In this document: in pieces, positions 8,287-18,297 of the stretch | Layout of the letters: the number at the start of each line of letters is the position of its first letter | How positions within the stretch are numbered: position 1 is the stretch's first letter | DNA from: an uncultured delta proteobacterium | GTDB taxonomy: Bacteria; Desulfobacterota; Binatia; UBA9968 | Length of the DNA stretch: 64,000 nt | Direction: 5' to 3' | Assembly: GCA_963755715.1 (NCBI GenBank) | Contig: CAVWLW010000065.1 | Location: 1-64,000, forward strand | Notes under the pieces: model-generated | Database searches by the model: none | Told to the model about the DNA's origin: nothing | The model's input: only the letters and a program-made list of their open reading frames with translations | Program-made: the position numbers and the translations under genes

Positions 8287-9322
8287 CTACTCGTCCATGC
8301 GCAAGACGATCTTGCCGAACGATTCGCCTTTTTCCATGCGCTGGTGTGCTTTGGCCGCATCGTGGAGCGGGTAGATGCGATCGATGATCGGTTTGGCGCC
8401 GCTCACCGCGAAGAAATTTAGCAGTTGGCGAAACTCTTCACGCGTTCCCGCCGCCGCTCCGAATACCTTTAAGTGGTTCCAAAAAATCCGCCGTAGATCG
8501 GTTGCGGCAGCGGCTCCAGCGACTGCGCCGCAAGTCACCAACCGGCCGCCCCGAGCGAGCGAAGCGAGACTTTTACTCCAGCTCTCGCCGCCGACGCAAT
8601 CGACGACGACGTCGACGCCGCGCTTGCCGGTGAGACTTCGTACCTCCTTGGCGAAATCCGTATGGCGATAATTGATGCCATGCTCGGCGCCGAGCATTTT
8701 CGCTTTCGCTAACTTTTCCGCGTTGCCCGAAGCGATGATGATATGAGTCGCGAGTGAAGCGGCGACGAGCAGCGCCGCGGTCGCGATGCCGCCGCCGCCG
8801 ACAATCAAAAGCGATTCGCCGGGCCGCAGTTCGGCTTGAGTGATCAACAGGCGCCACAGCGTAACATAAACCAAGGGGAAGGCGGCGGCTTCTTCGAAAG
8901 ACAGGCCGGCGGGAATTGCGAAACAATTTTTACCCGGCATGCTCACGTACTCCGCGTAGGTTCCGTGCCTGCGCTCGCCGAGAACGGATCGGGTCGCGCA
9001 CATGTGATCTCGTTCACTTGCACAGAAATCGCACCGTCCGCAGCCGAGTGACAGGGTAAAGGCAGACGCTGTCGCCTAGGTTGACGTGGGTGACCGCGCG
9101 ACCGACTGCGACGATCGTCCCGGCGCCGTCGCTGCCGATGATATGCGGAAAGGATAATGGAGCGCCGTTTTGGCCGGAGCGAATTGCAATATCGACTCGA
9201 TTGACTGCAGCGGCACGTAGCTTGACGATGACGTCGTTCGGTGATTCAAGAGCTGGATCGCCAGTCTCTTCAAAGCACAACTTGTCGACCCCGCCGGGGG
9301 AGTGAATTTGGATAGCTTTCAA
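8287..9322 (-). CDS. Zinc-binding MDR alcohol dehydrogenase / quinone oxidoreductase (frameshift near 9047)
   Basis: MKAIQIH..GG, PHIIGSDGAG, structural-Zn GCGRCDFC...C across the shift, C-terminal FGKIVL. Confidence 0.85.
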
Positions 9323-9451
9323 GCGTATGCTCAATCGATCGATTGCGTTGACAAGATCAACCGGCTGCGTCGACGGGAGTCCCAAGCAGGCGCTCTCAAA
9401 CTTTTAAGTTCGCAAGCACCGAAGCTATTGAAAGAAGCTGATCGTCGCGCA

Positions 9452-9799
9452 CTATGCGGAGAAGGACGTGCCGCAGCCGCAGGTGGCGGTCGCGTTGGGA
9501 TTGGTGAACTTAAAACCGCCGCCGTGCAGGCCGGTGACAAAATCTATGACGGTGCCGCTCAAGTAGGGAGCGCTACTGCCGTCGACGTAGACTCTGACGC
9601 CGTCAAGCTCGAGGACCACGTCGTCAGGCTTGGTTTGGTTGTCGAAATCCAGCTTGTACGAAAAGCCGGAGCAACCTCCGTCCGATACACCCACGCGCAG
9701 GCCGTTTCCTTCGCGCTGGTCGCGCGCCAGGAGTTTTTTGACCTGCGCAATCGCGCTGTCCGTTAGGCTTAAATCTAGACCATTGGCGGTGTTTTCCAT
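9452..9799 (-). CDS. iscA: A-type Fe-S cluster carrier (IscA/ErpA family)
   Basis: GGCSGFSY and CGCGTSF motifs. Confidence 0.93.
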   Translation of the reverse strand: MENTANGLDLSLTDSAIAQVKKLLARDQREGNGLRVGVSDGGCSGFSYKLDFDNQTKPDDVVLELDGVRVYVDGSSAPYLSGTVIDFVTGLHGGGFKFTNPNATATCGCGTSFSA

Positions 9800-9879
9800 A
9801 ATTGCTGCTCTTTGGTGTCTTTAAGGTTAATGCTCTAAAGCCCGCGTGTCAACGGGACCCGCGCCGCGGGTCTGACGGG

Positions 9880-10806
9880 TCATTGACCGAGCAACGCTTG
9901 CACGAAATCCGCCGGCTCGAACGGTTGAAGATCTTCGATCTCCTCACCGACGCCGATATATTTCACCGGGACGCCGAGCTCTTCCTGGATGCTGATGATG
10001 ACACCGCCTTTAGCCGTGCCGTCGAGCTTGGTCAAAACGATGCCGGTAATATCGGTCGCTTCTTTGAAGACGCGAGCTTGTTGCAAGCCGTTTTGCCCTG
10101 TTATCGCGTCCAACACCAGCAGCGTTTCGTGTGGCGCATTCGGCTGCTCGCGGGCGATTACCCGGCGAATTTTTTTCAGCTCTTCGATCAAATGCAATTT
10201 GGTGTGCAGCCGGCCGGCGGTATCGATCAGTAAAACGTCTATGCCGCGGCTTTTCGCGGCTTGCATGCCGTCGAAAACCACGGCGGACGGATCCGCGCCT
10301 GGGCGATGCTTGACGACATCGACGCCAACGCGCTGTCCCCAGATATCGAGTTGCTCGATCGCCGCAGCGCGAAAGGTGTCCGCTGCCACCAGCAGGACCT
10401 TCTTGCCCGCGCTTCGGTATTGGGCGGCGAGTTTGCCGATGGTGGTTGTTTTGCCGACGCCGTTGACGCCGAGAAAAAGTATCACCCAAGGCCGCGCTGA
10501 AAGCGGCGCAAGCTTAGGCGGGGAGGCGGATTCTTGCAGCATTTGGATCATGCTGGCCTGCAGCCGCGCTGACATTTCCTCGGCGATATCGCCGTTGCCG
10601 TCAGGAGATTGCCGCCGCAGCGCTTCCATCAGCTTGTCGGTCGCTTTGACGCCGACGTCCGCGGCGATCAGGCTCTCTTCCATGGCGTCGAGCGACTCCT
10701 CGTCCCAGCGGCGGTTTTGAAAGATCGAGCCGATGTTCTGAAGCAAGCTCTCGCGGCTTTTAGTGAGCCCCTGTTTTAAGCGTTGAAAAAAAGATTCGCC
10801 CGCCAT
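9880..10806 (-). CDS. ftsY: SRP receptor FtsY
   Basis: [32 protein letters not shown]. Confidence 0.97.
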   Translation of the reverse strand: MAGESFFQRLKQGLTKSRESLLQNIGSIFQNRRWDEESLDAMEESLIAADVGVKATDKLMEALRRQSPDGNGDIAEEMSARLQASMIQMLQESASPPKLAPLSARPWVILFLGVNGVGKTTTIGKLAAQYRSAGKKVLLVAADTFRAAAIEQLDIWGQRVGVDVVKHRPGADPSAVVFDGMQAAKSRGIDVLLIDTAGRLHTKLHLIEELKKIRRVIAREQPNAPHETLLVLDAITGQNGLQQARVFKEATDITGIVLTKLDGTAKGGVIISIQEELGVPVKYIGVGEEIEDLQPFEPADFVQALLGQ

Positions 10807-10881
10807 GTAAGGACACTCTTTCTGAACTCGACTTTGGAGTCAACGGGCTGGGTGACGGATCGGCAGGCAGAGGGTGAAGCG

Positions 10882-13800
10882 TCAATGCATGCGCACAGAA
10901 ACGACCTTGGAAACTCCAGGTTCCGCCATCGTAATGCCGTAAAGAACCTCAGCGGCCTGCATGGATTTCTTGTTATGCGTTACCAAGACGAATTGCGAAT
11001 GCTCACTCATCTCTTTGATTATCTCGATGAACCGATCGATATTGGCGTCGTCCAACGGCGCGTCGACCTCATCGAGAAAGCAGAACGGACTCGGTTTGGT
11101 CAAGAAGATCGCGAACAACAGGCTTACCGCCGTCAGCGCTTTTTCACCGCCGGACAAGAGCGTGATCGACTGAAGTTTTTTGCCGGGCGGCTGCACAACG
11201 ATATCGACGCCGGTCTCGAGGTAGTCGTTATCATCGGTCAGCACCAGCTTGGCTTTGCCGCCGCGGAAAAGGCGCGGGAAGATCACCTCGAATTTTTCGT
11301 TGATCGCTTCGAAGCTTTCCTTGAAACGCAAGCGGCAAACCCGATTGAGCTTGACGATGGTCTGTTGCAAGTCGGCGATCGATTTTTCCAAGTCTTCTTT
11401 TTGACGGCTCATAAAGCCAAAGCGCTCGGTGAGCTCTTCATATTCGCCGATCGCCGCCAAATTGACTTCGCCCATTCGCTCGAGGCGGCCGCGCAGATCG
11501 TCGATCTGTTCCGTCAAATCGGCTTGTGAAAGGGTGTCATCGGCTGATTCGATCGATAGCGTTTCAAGCGCGACATCGTATTTTTCCCGCAGGTTGGCGG
11601 CCAGGTGCTGCAGCTCGAGCTGCTGTTTCGCCAGCGCCAGTTGGATGCGGTTCTTGTCTTCCTGGCAAGCTTCGCCGCGCGGCCGGAGCTCTTTGATGGC
11701 CTCGCCGATCTCGGCCAGTTGCAAAGAAACTTTCCGGTAGCTCTGGCGGTCTGTCTGAAGCTGCGCTTCGAGAGCTTGAAGTTCCGTTCGCCGGCGTCCG
11801 AGGGCTTCTTCGGTGTTCGCCATTTCTTGCTCGAGGTCGCGCCGGCGCTGGTGAAACTCGGCGATACGTCCTTGACGCGCTGCGATTTCCTGGGCGGTCT
11901 CTTCCTGAAGCTTTAGTCGATTGGCCAGGTTCGTGTGCGTATTCTCTTTTTTCTCGCCGAGGGCTGCGTGGCGTATGCGCGACTGGGTCACCGCTGCTTC
12001 GGCGGCTTCGACGGTCTGGTGAAGCTCGCTGAAGGTCGTCTGTTTTTGTGTGAGGCCGCGCTCCCGTTCCGTCTTCTCCTCGATCCGTGTTTGCATGTTG
12101 CTGTAACAGCGTTGAATTTCCTCGTCGAGCAAATGGACCGCTGTCGTCAGATCGGTTTGCTCCTGAGTGAAGGCTTGCATGGATTGGGTGATCCGCTCGC
12201 ACTCGCGCTCCGCGGAACTCTTTTCGAGCTCGAGCCGCACGCGCTCGATTTCGAGGCGATGGCTCTCGGCGGTCAGTAAAGTTTTCTGGGTCTCAGCCTG
12301 CTCGAGTTCTTGTTTGAGCTGCGCGCTTTCCTGTTCTTCTTGGGGCAGCCGAGTTTCGAGGGCAGCGAGATTTTGGCTCAGATCGCGGATGCGACGGCGC
12401 TGCGCTAGAAAGCTCGCTTCGAGCGGCGCGCCGCTGCCGCCGGTCACGATACCCATCGGATCGATGACTTCGCCTTCGGCGGTTACGAGAGTGCTGTAGT
12501 AGCCGTTACGGTTCCACAGCGATAATCCGGCTTGCAGATCGCGCACCACGACGACGTCGGAGAGAAGATACTCGGCGACATCGTGATAACCTTCTTTGAC
12601 TGAAATCACGTCCATCATCGGCGCGATCACTTCGGCTTCGCCGAGCGGCAGCTCTTTGTGCGTTTTGCGCGACAACTCGAGCGGGATGAAGCTACTGCGT
12701 CCCGACGCTTGATGCTTTAAATACTCGATGGCTTCGACGCCATCCTGGTGACCTTTCACGATGACGCACTGCAACCGATCGCCTAAAACCGCGGTGAGCG
12801 CCTTCTCGTAGTGCTCGGGCGCCTCGATGACTTCGGCGACCAAACCATAAATGCCGTTGGGCGAAGCCGCCTGCTGCTTTTTCAGCATGATCGCTCGCAC
12901 GCCTTCCTGGCAACCTTCATAGTTCCTTTGGATATCTTCCAAGGACGCCAAGCGCGAGCGATTTTCCTGGAGGTGTTCTTTGAGGCAGGCGATCTTTTTT
13001 TCTTTTTCGTCGAGAGCGCCGCCCAGGGACTGGATCGAGGCGGTCGCGAGCGCGATTTCGAACGAGCGCTCGCGAATTTTTTCGAGACAACTTGCCAGCA
13101 AGTTTCCGGTTTCGCTGATCTTGGTCTCGCATGCAGCCAACAGCGCCGTGGTTTGAGTCAGTTCCACACGGCTTCGCGCCAATTCGTTGCCGATCTCGCC
13201 GCGCCGTTTTTCCTTGCTCAGGGCATCGTTTTTAAAATTTGCGATCTGATTGGCGGCGTCGATTAGAGATTCTTTTTCGCGCTCCAGTGCGCTTTGCAAT
13301 GAGCGGATCTGCTCTTGGAGGCTTTCCAGTTCGCTTTCCTTGTCGCATAAAAATGTTTCCTCAAACAGCGACAATTGGATAAAGCTCTCTTTGGCCTTCT
13401 CGAGCTCCTCGATTTCCAGGACGACCGTCTTGGTTCTTTCTTCGAGCTGCAAAAGCGAAGCGCGGGTTTCGTCTTCGCTCTGATCCAATTGAGCCAAGTC
13501 TTTTCTGAAAAAGTCGCACTTCTGCTCGTCGGTTTGAATCTCGGTGCGGCGCTGGTAAAGGGTTTCTTGCTGCAGGCCGATTTGCTTGTCCGCTTCCAGG
13601 AGCGCCAGGCGCACCGATTCGTTTTCCGCTTCCTTGGCGTGCAACGCGGCGAGGATTTCCGCCCATTGATTCTCGACGCTAGCCAGTTGCGCTTGCTGTC
13701 GGCTGATATCCTGATGAAAAGCTTCCCGCTGGAGAAAAGTGAAGGCAAGGTCCTTTTCTTTAAGCTCCGATTTCAACGCACGATAACGCTCGGCCTTCTT

Positions 13801-14436
13801 GGCTTGCAGTTCCATCGAGCGGATTTGGCGCTCGATCTCGCGCACGATGTCGGTGACTCGAAGCAGATTTTGGTGGGTGCGCTCCAGTTTCTTTTCAGCG
13901 ACGGTTTTGCGGCTTTTATACTTGCTGGTGCCGGCGGCTTCCTCGATCAAGCCACGGCGCTCCTCCGGCTTGGAATTGACCAACTCGTCGACTTTCCCCT
14001 GCTCGACGATAGAGTAGGCTTTACTACCGACGCCGGTGCCGAGGAACAATTCCACGACATCTTTTAGGCGGCAGCCGACCTTGTTGATCGCGTATTCGGA
14101 TTCCCCGGAGCGAAAGAGCCGGCGCGTCACCATGATTTCACTAAAGCTGCTGTACTCCGCCGGGCTGCGGCCGTCCTCATTGTCGAAAATAATGGAGACT
14201 TCGGCCATGCCGGTGGCCGGCAGGCTATCGCTCCCGTTAAAGACCACGTCTTCCATTTGTTGCCCGCGAAGATGGCGGGCGCTCTGCTCGCCCATGGCCC
14301 AGCGTAAGGCGTCAACGATATTGGACTTGCCGCAGCCATTGGGACCGACCACCGCCGTGATACCCGGATTCAGCTCGACGATAGTCCTTTGAGCGAAGGA
14401 CTTAAAACCAATCATTTCAAGGCGTTTTAAACGCAT
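10882..14436 (-). CDS. smc: Chromosome segregation protein SMC
   Basis: GFKSF, GPNGCGKSN, coiled coils with hinge, LSGGEK, LDEVDAPLD. Confidence 0.98.
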   Translation of the reverse strand: MRLKRLEMIGFKSFAQRTIVELNPGITAVVGPNGCGKSNIVDALRWAMGEQSARHLRGQQMEDVVFNGSDSLPATGMAEVSIIFDNEDGRSPAEYSSFSEIMVTRRLFRSGESEYAINKVGCRLKDVVELFLGTGVGSKAYSIVEQGKVDELVNSKPEERRGLIEEAAGTSKYKSRKTVAEKKLERTHQNLLRVTDIVREIERQIRSMELQAKKAERYRALKSELKEKDLAFTFLQREAFHQDISRQQAQLASVENQWAEILAALHAKEAENESVRLALLEADKQIGLQQETLYQRRTEIQTDEQKCDFFRKDLAQLDQSEDETRASLLQLEERTKTVVLEIEELEKAKESFIQLSLFEETFLCDKESELESLQEQIRSLQSALEREKESLIDAANQIANFKNDALSKEKRRGEIGNELARSRVELTQTTALLAACETKISETGNLLASCLEKIRERSFEIALATASIQSLGGALDEKEKKIACLKEHLQENRSRLASLEDIQRNYEGCQEGVRAIMLKKQQAASPNGIYGLVAEVIEAPEHYEKALTAVLGDRLQCVIVKGHQDGVEAIEYLKHQASGRSSFIPLELSRKTHKELPLGEAEVIAPMMDVISVKEGYHDVAEYLLSDVVVVRDLQAGLSLWNRNGYYSTLVTAEGEVIDPMGIVTGGSGAPLEASFLAQRRRIRDLSQNLAALETRLPQEEQESAQLKQELEQAETQKTLLTAESHRLEIERVRLELEKSSAERECERITQSMQAFTQEQTDLTTAVHLLDEEIQRCYSNMQTRIEEKTERERGLTQKQTTFSELHQTVEAAEAAVTQSRIRHAALGEKKENTHTNLANRLKLQEETAQEIAARQGRIAEFHQRRRDLEQEMANTEEALGRRRTELQALEAQLQTDRQSYRKVSLQLAEIGEAIKELRPRGEACQEDKNRIQLALAKQQLELQHLAANLREKYDVALETLSIESADDTLSQADLTEQIDDLRGRLERMGEVNLAAIGEYEELTERFGFMSRQKEDLEKSIADLQQTIVKLNRVCRLRFKESFEAINEKFEVIFPRLFRGGKAKLVLTDDNDYLETGVDIVVQPPGKKLQSITLLSGGEKALTAVSLLFAIFLTKPSPFCFLDEVDAPLDDANIDRFIEIIKEMSEHSQFVLVTHNKKSMQAAEVLYGITMAEPGVSKVVSVRMH

Positions 14437-14527
14437 AAGTCATTCTATCCAGGGAACTTTGGGGAGTTTTCGACAGCGAAATTAACTGCAATATTCCATA
14501 GCAAGGATGGGGTGTCAAGGAGAAAAT

Positions 14528-14573
14528 CACAATATACGGTGCATTTGTTAGTCTTTTACCGCAAGATATGGGA
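14528..14573. promoter_or_regulatory. Tandem NrdR-like boxes upstream of smc
   Basis: CACAATATACGGTG (14528-14541) and CGCAAGATATGGGA (14560-14573), starts 32 bp apart, next to a minus-strand TTGACA at 14513-14518. Confidence 0.6.
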
Positions 14574-14664
14574 CCGAATAATGGTCAGGTAAAAGGTTGG
14601 CAAACCCGACGGCTTTGGAATCAAAGCATAAGATTGGCGCGGGGGCGGAATAAGCCAAATAAAA

Positions 14665-15297
14665 CTACTTTTCGAGGAGCTCGGTGTTCCAATAGGAGAC
14701 ATCGACAGTGTTGAGAAAGGGCATCCATTCCTTGTACCGAGACATGCTGAAAGTCTCCTGCATGAACGGCGTCCACTGCGGCTTCAGTGGCTTACGCACG
14801 AGCGGCATACTGGCCTGGTGTGGGGTCCGACCGCCTTTCCTGCGATTGCATTCATGGCACGAGCAGACGACGTTCTCCCAAATGGATGTGCCGCCTTGGG
14901 AACGCGGAATTACGTGGTCGAGATTAAGCTCATGACGCGGCAAGCGTCGGCCGCAGTATTGGCAGGTGCACTTGTCGCGCGCGTAAATGTTGTACCGGCT
15001 AAAGCGCACCTGGCGCTTGGGTACGCGATCGTAGCTGACCAACAAAACTACCCGCGGAACGCGGATCACCCGATTCACCAACCCCACGGTTTCGTCATGT
15101 GCCGAGATCGACAGATCGCTCCAACTGTCGAAATCGAAGGTTTGGTACTGCTCGTTGACCGCCTTTGCGATCCCCTGATAGAGAAGCACGAAGGCGCGGC
15201 GAACAGAGGTAACGTGGATCGGCAAATAGGAACGGTTGAGAATCAGGACCTTGGTGTTCAATATGCCATACACGGGCGCGACGGCCGGATAAGTCAT
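14665..15297 (-). CDS. HNH endonuclease (McrA-like chromosomal family with N-terminal VLILN motif)
   Basis: FSRYNIYARD..CQYCG, LDHVIPRSQGG..WENVVCSCHECNRRKG. Confidence 0.92.
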   Translation of the reverse strand: MTYPAVAPVYGILNTKVLILNRSYLPIHVTSVRRAFVLLYQGIAKAVNEQYQTFDFDSWSDLSISAHDETVGLVNRVIRVPRVVLLVSYDRVPKRQVRFSRYNIYARDKCTCQYCGRRLPRHELNLDHVIPRSQGGTSIWENVVCSCHECNRRKGGRTPHQASMPLVRKPLKPQWTPFMQETFSMSRYKEWMPFLNTVDVSYWNTELLEK

Positions 15298-15410
15298 AGG
15301 TTACTTTCACTGCTCGACATGGGTCGGCGTGAGCCAGGGGTAGTCCTCTCAAAGTACCGAGCGGCGGTCATAAAGTCAAATAAAGCTAAGGATTGTACGC
15401 CGTAGCATGC

Positions 15411-15439
15411 TTGAAGTCACGGCTGAATTCCTCTATAAC
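15411..15439 (+). promoter_or_regulatory. Sigma70-type promoter for the RNase G gene
   Basis: TTGAAG-N17-TATAAC about 100 bp upstream of the ATG. Confidence 0.5.
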
Positions 15440-15537
15440 CACAACTAATTTCATTTACGCGTTAGTGAGTTCACCCGGTCGACGGGTGATACCACCTCAC
15501 AACACCTCTCCCTCCTGGAATCCATTTACAGAGTCTT

Positions 15538-17049
15538 ATGAAACAAGAGATATACATCAATTCGACGCCGCAAGAGAGCCGCATCGCGCTCATCGAAGAC
15601 GGTCAACTGGCCGAATTTCTGATCGAAAGAAAAGAAGAAATGGGCGTCGCGGGCAATATCTACAAAGGCAAAGTGGCGCGGGTTCTCCCCGGCATGCAGG
15701 CCGCCTTCATCGATATCGGCATGGAAAAGGCGGGCTTTCTCCACGCCTCGGATTTTTCCACTGAGCCGGAAGACGTTCAGCTGATCGGTTCCTCGGGCGA
15801 CGACGTCGAGTTCGAAGAGGCGCCAAAACCGGCGCCGTCACGTCGGCTGCCGCTCGAAAAACAGCTTGCTCGGGGCGAAGAAATTCTCGTCCAGGTCGCC
15901 AAAGACCCGCTCGGCACCAAAGGGGCGCGGGTCACTTCCCATGTGTCGCTTCCGGGCCGCTACATGGTCTTTATGCCGGGCACCAAACATATCGGTATCT
16001 CGCGACGGATCGAGAGCGAGGAAGAGCGCAAACGGTTGAAAGAAATCGCCCAGGCGCTCAGGACTGAAGAGGGCGGATTCATCCTGCGCACGGCTTGCGA
16101 AGGACGGAGCAAGAGGGAGATCCAACGGGATCTAAGCTTTCTTACGAAGCTATGGAGCCGCATTCACAAAAAAGCCGAGTCCGCGCCGTCGCCGTCGCTG
16201 ATTCATCAAGACCTCGATTTGATCGTGCGCACAATCCGCGATTTCTTCAGCGCCGACACCGAGCGGGTGGTCGTCGATTCACCGAGAGACCATCGGCGCA
16301 TCACCGACTTCGTGCGCAATTTCATGCCGCGCCTCAAGTCGAAAATCGTGCTGTATGCCGACAAAGTGCCGCTCTTCGAGCAACAGGGGATCGAAGAAAA
16401 AGTCGCCAAGGCGTTGGAGCGCCGAGTCTGGCTGCGTTCGGGCGGCTCCATCGTCATTGAGCGCACCGAAGCGCTCACCGCGGTGGACGTAAACACGGGC
16501 CGATTCGTCGGCAAGCGCAATCAGGAAGAGACGATTTTTAAAACCAATTTGGAAGCGACGCAGGAAGTCGTACGCCAATTGCGCCTGCGCAACGTCGGCG
16601 GCATTATCATTATCGATTTCATCGATATGGAGAAGGAAGGGAACCGGAAGAAAGTCTACGATGCGCTCAGAGAGGCGCTCAAAAAAGACAAAGCGCGCAC
16701 CAATATTTTAAAAATTTCCGAGCTCGGTTTGGTCGAGATGACTCGGCAACGAACGCGCGAAAGCTTGGAGAATCAGCTGCTCCGGCCTTGCCCTCATTGC
16801 GACGGCCGCGGCCGGATCAAATCCGCGCCGACGATCGCCTACGACGTCTTGAGAGCGATTAAACGCCAGCACTCACAAGTCGAGGACGGCAAGAATATCG
16901 TTGTGCGGCTGCATCCGGATATCGCGAATTTTCTCTACGACGAGAAAAACAACAGCCTGGAAAATCTCGAGCGCGAGATCAACCATCGCATCATCATCAA
17001 AGCCAGCCAGGACTTACATCAAGAGAAATACGAGATCACCGAAGCCTAA
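15538..17049 (+). CDS. rng: Ribonuclease G (Rne/Rng family)
   Basis: GNIYKGKV.RVLPGMQAAF, DVNTG, GGIIIIDFIDM, CPHCDGRG; no long RNase E C-terminal tail. Confidence 0.95.
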   Translation: MKQEIYINSTPQESRIALIEDGQLAEFLIERKEEMGVAGNIYKGKVARVLPGMQAAFIDIGMEKAGFLHASDFSTEPEDVQLIGSSGDDVEFEEAPKPAPSRRLPLEKQLARGEEILVQVAKDPLGTKGARVTSHVSLPGRYMVFMPGTKHIGISRRIESEEERKRLKEIAQALRTEEGGFILRTACEGRSKREIQRDLSFLTKLWSRIHKKAESAPSPSLIHQDLDLIVRTIRDFFSADTERVVVDSPRDHRRITDFVRNFMPRLKSKIVLYADKVPLFEQQGIEEKVAKALERRVWLRSGGSIVIERTEALTAVDVNTGRFVGKRNQEETIFKTNLEATQEVVRQLRLRNVGGIIIIDFIDMEKEGNRKKVYDALREALKKDKARTNILKISELGLVEMTRQRTRESLENQLLRPCPHCDGRGRIKSAPTIAYDVLRAIKRQHSQVEDGKNIVVRLHPDIANFLYDEKNNSLENLEREINHRIIIKASQDLHQEKYEITEA

Positions 17050-17182
17050 CCTCAATTTTTCGGCCACGGATGAACGTCGGCGTCGCGCCGAAGCTTTTTC
17101 ACATCATGAGCTTGTATGTGCGTGAAAACCGCCGTGCTCCGTTGCGGTTTTGCTTTCGTGGTTGGACGCGTGCCAAAAACAC

Positions 17183-17215
17183 ATAGGGGCGGGTTTGTTT
17201 GAAACCCGCCCCTAT
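17183..17215. repeat. REP-like palindrome / terminator between convergent genes
   Basis: ATAGGGGCGGGTTT-GTTTG-AAACCCGCCCCTAT, a perfect 14-bp stem. Confidence 0.75.
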
Positions 17216-17258
17216 CGTGACTCAAGATGATCTAATGCGTTTACTGCGATTGTCTCAC

Positions 17259-17768
17259 TCAGTGGTATTCCACGCCGGGTAAAGGATTGGCAACCGCTTC
17301 TTCCAACGTCGTGGCGCGCTTCCACTCGTTTGCCGGGCGGCTGCGGCCGTCGGTGCCGATTTGATCCATGGCCGCGTAGATTTCGATCTTGTAACCGTCG
17401 GGATCATAGAATTCGAGCCCCGGATTGCCGCCAGGACCGCGGCGTCCTTCGTAAAAAATCGTCACGCCCTTCGCTTTGAGAAAATCGCGGATCTTGAAAA
17501 GCTCCGACACGGTAGCGACTTCCAAAGCCATGTGGTCGAATCCCACTTGGCCGCGCTTGGGCAGTTCACTTTTCTCCGTTGCCTGGACTAACGCGACGGT
17601 GTGGTGGTCGGTGGTGTTACGGAAAAACATCATCCCGCCCTCGTTCCGGTCGGAAAACTTAAAACCCATGACGTCGGTCCAGAACTTCGTGCTGCGCTCG
17701 ATGTCGCTAACCGTGAGCACGACGTGACCGATTTTCTTGATTTTGATCGGAGATTTTTCTTCTGTCAT
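17259..17768 (-). CDS. VOC family protein (extradiol dioxygenase-like)
   Basis: GHVVL, DHH, FDHMALEV, FYDPDG..IEIY. Confidence 0.88.
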   Translation of the reverse strand: MTEEKSPIKIKKIGHVVLTVSDIERSTKFWTDVMGFKFSDRNEGGMMFFRNTTDHHTVALVQATEKSELPKRGQVGFDHMALEVATVSELFKIRDFLKAKGVTIFYEGRRGPGGNPGLEFYDPDGYKIEIYAAMDQIGTDGRSRPANEWKRATTLEEAVANPLPGVEYH

Positions 17769-17891
17769 AAAATGCTCCTTTCGGTTGTTAAGATTGGCGC
17801 GGTTGTATGCCGCCAAAGCTACCGATTTTCTAGCACGGAATGTCGGCTTAAGGCAAAGCGGAAAGAATCGGGGATTAGCCGGTCGGCAAGA

Positions 17892-18293
17892 TCAGCCGCG
17901 CGTGAATTTAGCGACGATCTTGCGGCTGTAGTTGCGCACCGAACTTAGGTCCAGCGAGCGGCGCTTGAGCATATCGAGGCGGATCATTTTCCATTGAATG
18001 CTTTTGGCCAGCGCGCGGCGCTCGCCTTCGTCTTCGACGTGTTTGATCAGGTCCTCGAGCGTATGAATGTCTTTCAGTAGTTCGACTTCGGGCGGCAAGA
18101 CATGGGCGTTCTTGAGCACGTGATAGCCGATCCGTAGATCTTCGGGCACCCAGCTTAGGTCTTCCAATTCCAGCGGTTTGCCTTTGCCTGGAAGGTTATC
18201 AAATGCGCCCTCACGCTGTGCTTCGAGAATGCGTTGTTCGGCGATCCTGTGCATAAACGACACGGCGCCCGTTTGTTGTGGCGGTCTTTTCAT
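17892..18293 (-). CDS. DUF1992 (DnaJC28-like domain) protein
   Basis: IAEQRILEAQREGAFDNLPGKGKPL...LKNAHVLPPEVEL. Confidence 0.88.
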   Translation of the reverse strand: MKRPPQQTGAVSFMHRIAEQRILEAQREGAFDNLPGKGKPLELEDLSWVPEDLRIGYHVLKNAHVLPPEVELLKDIHTLEDLIKHVEDEGERRALAKSIQWKMIRLDMLKRRSLDLSSVRNYSRKIVAKFTRG

Positions 18294-18297
18294 CCGC

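Noticed and set aside
9302-14392. Long + strand ORFs opposite iscA, ftsY and smc, and similar shadow ORFs elsewhere
   Set aside because: Antisense frames of GC-rich genes, with no motifs or RBS.
14665-15297. HNH as an IscB/Cas9-like RNA-guided nuclease
   Set aside because: Only 210 aa, no RuvC motifs or PLMP N-terminus, and no evident adjacent ncRNA or array.
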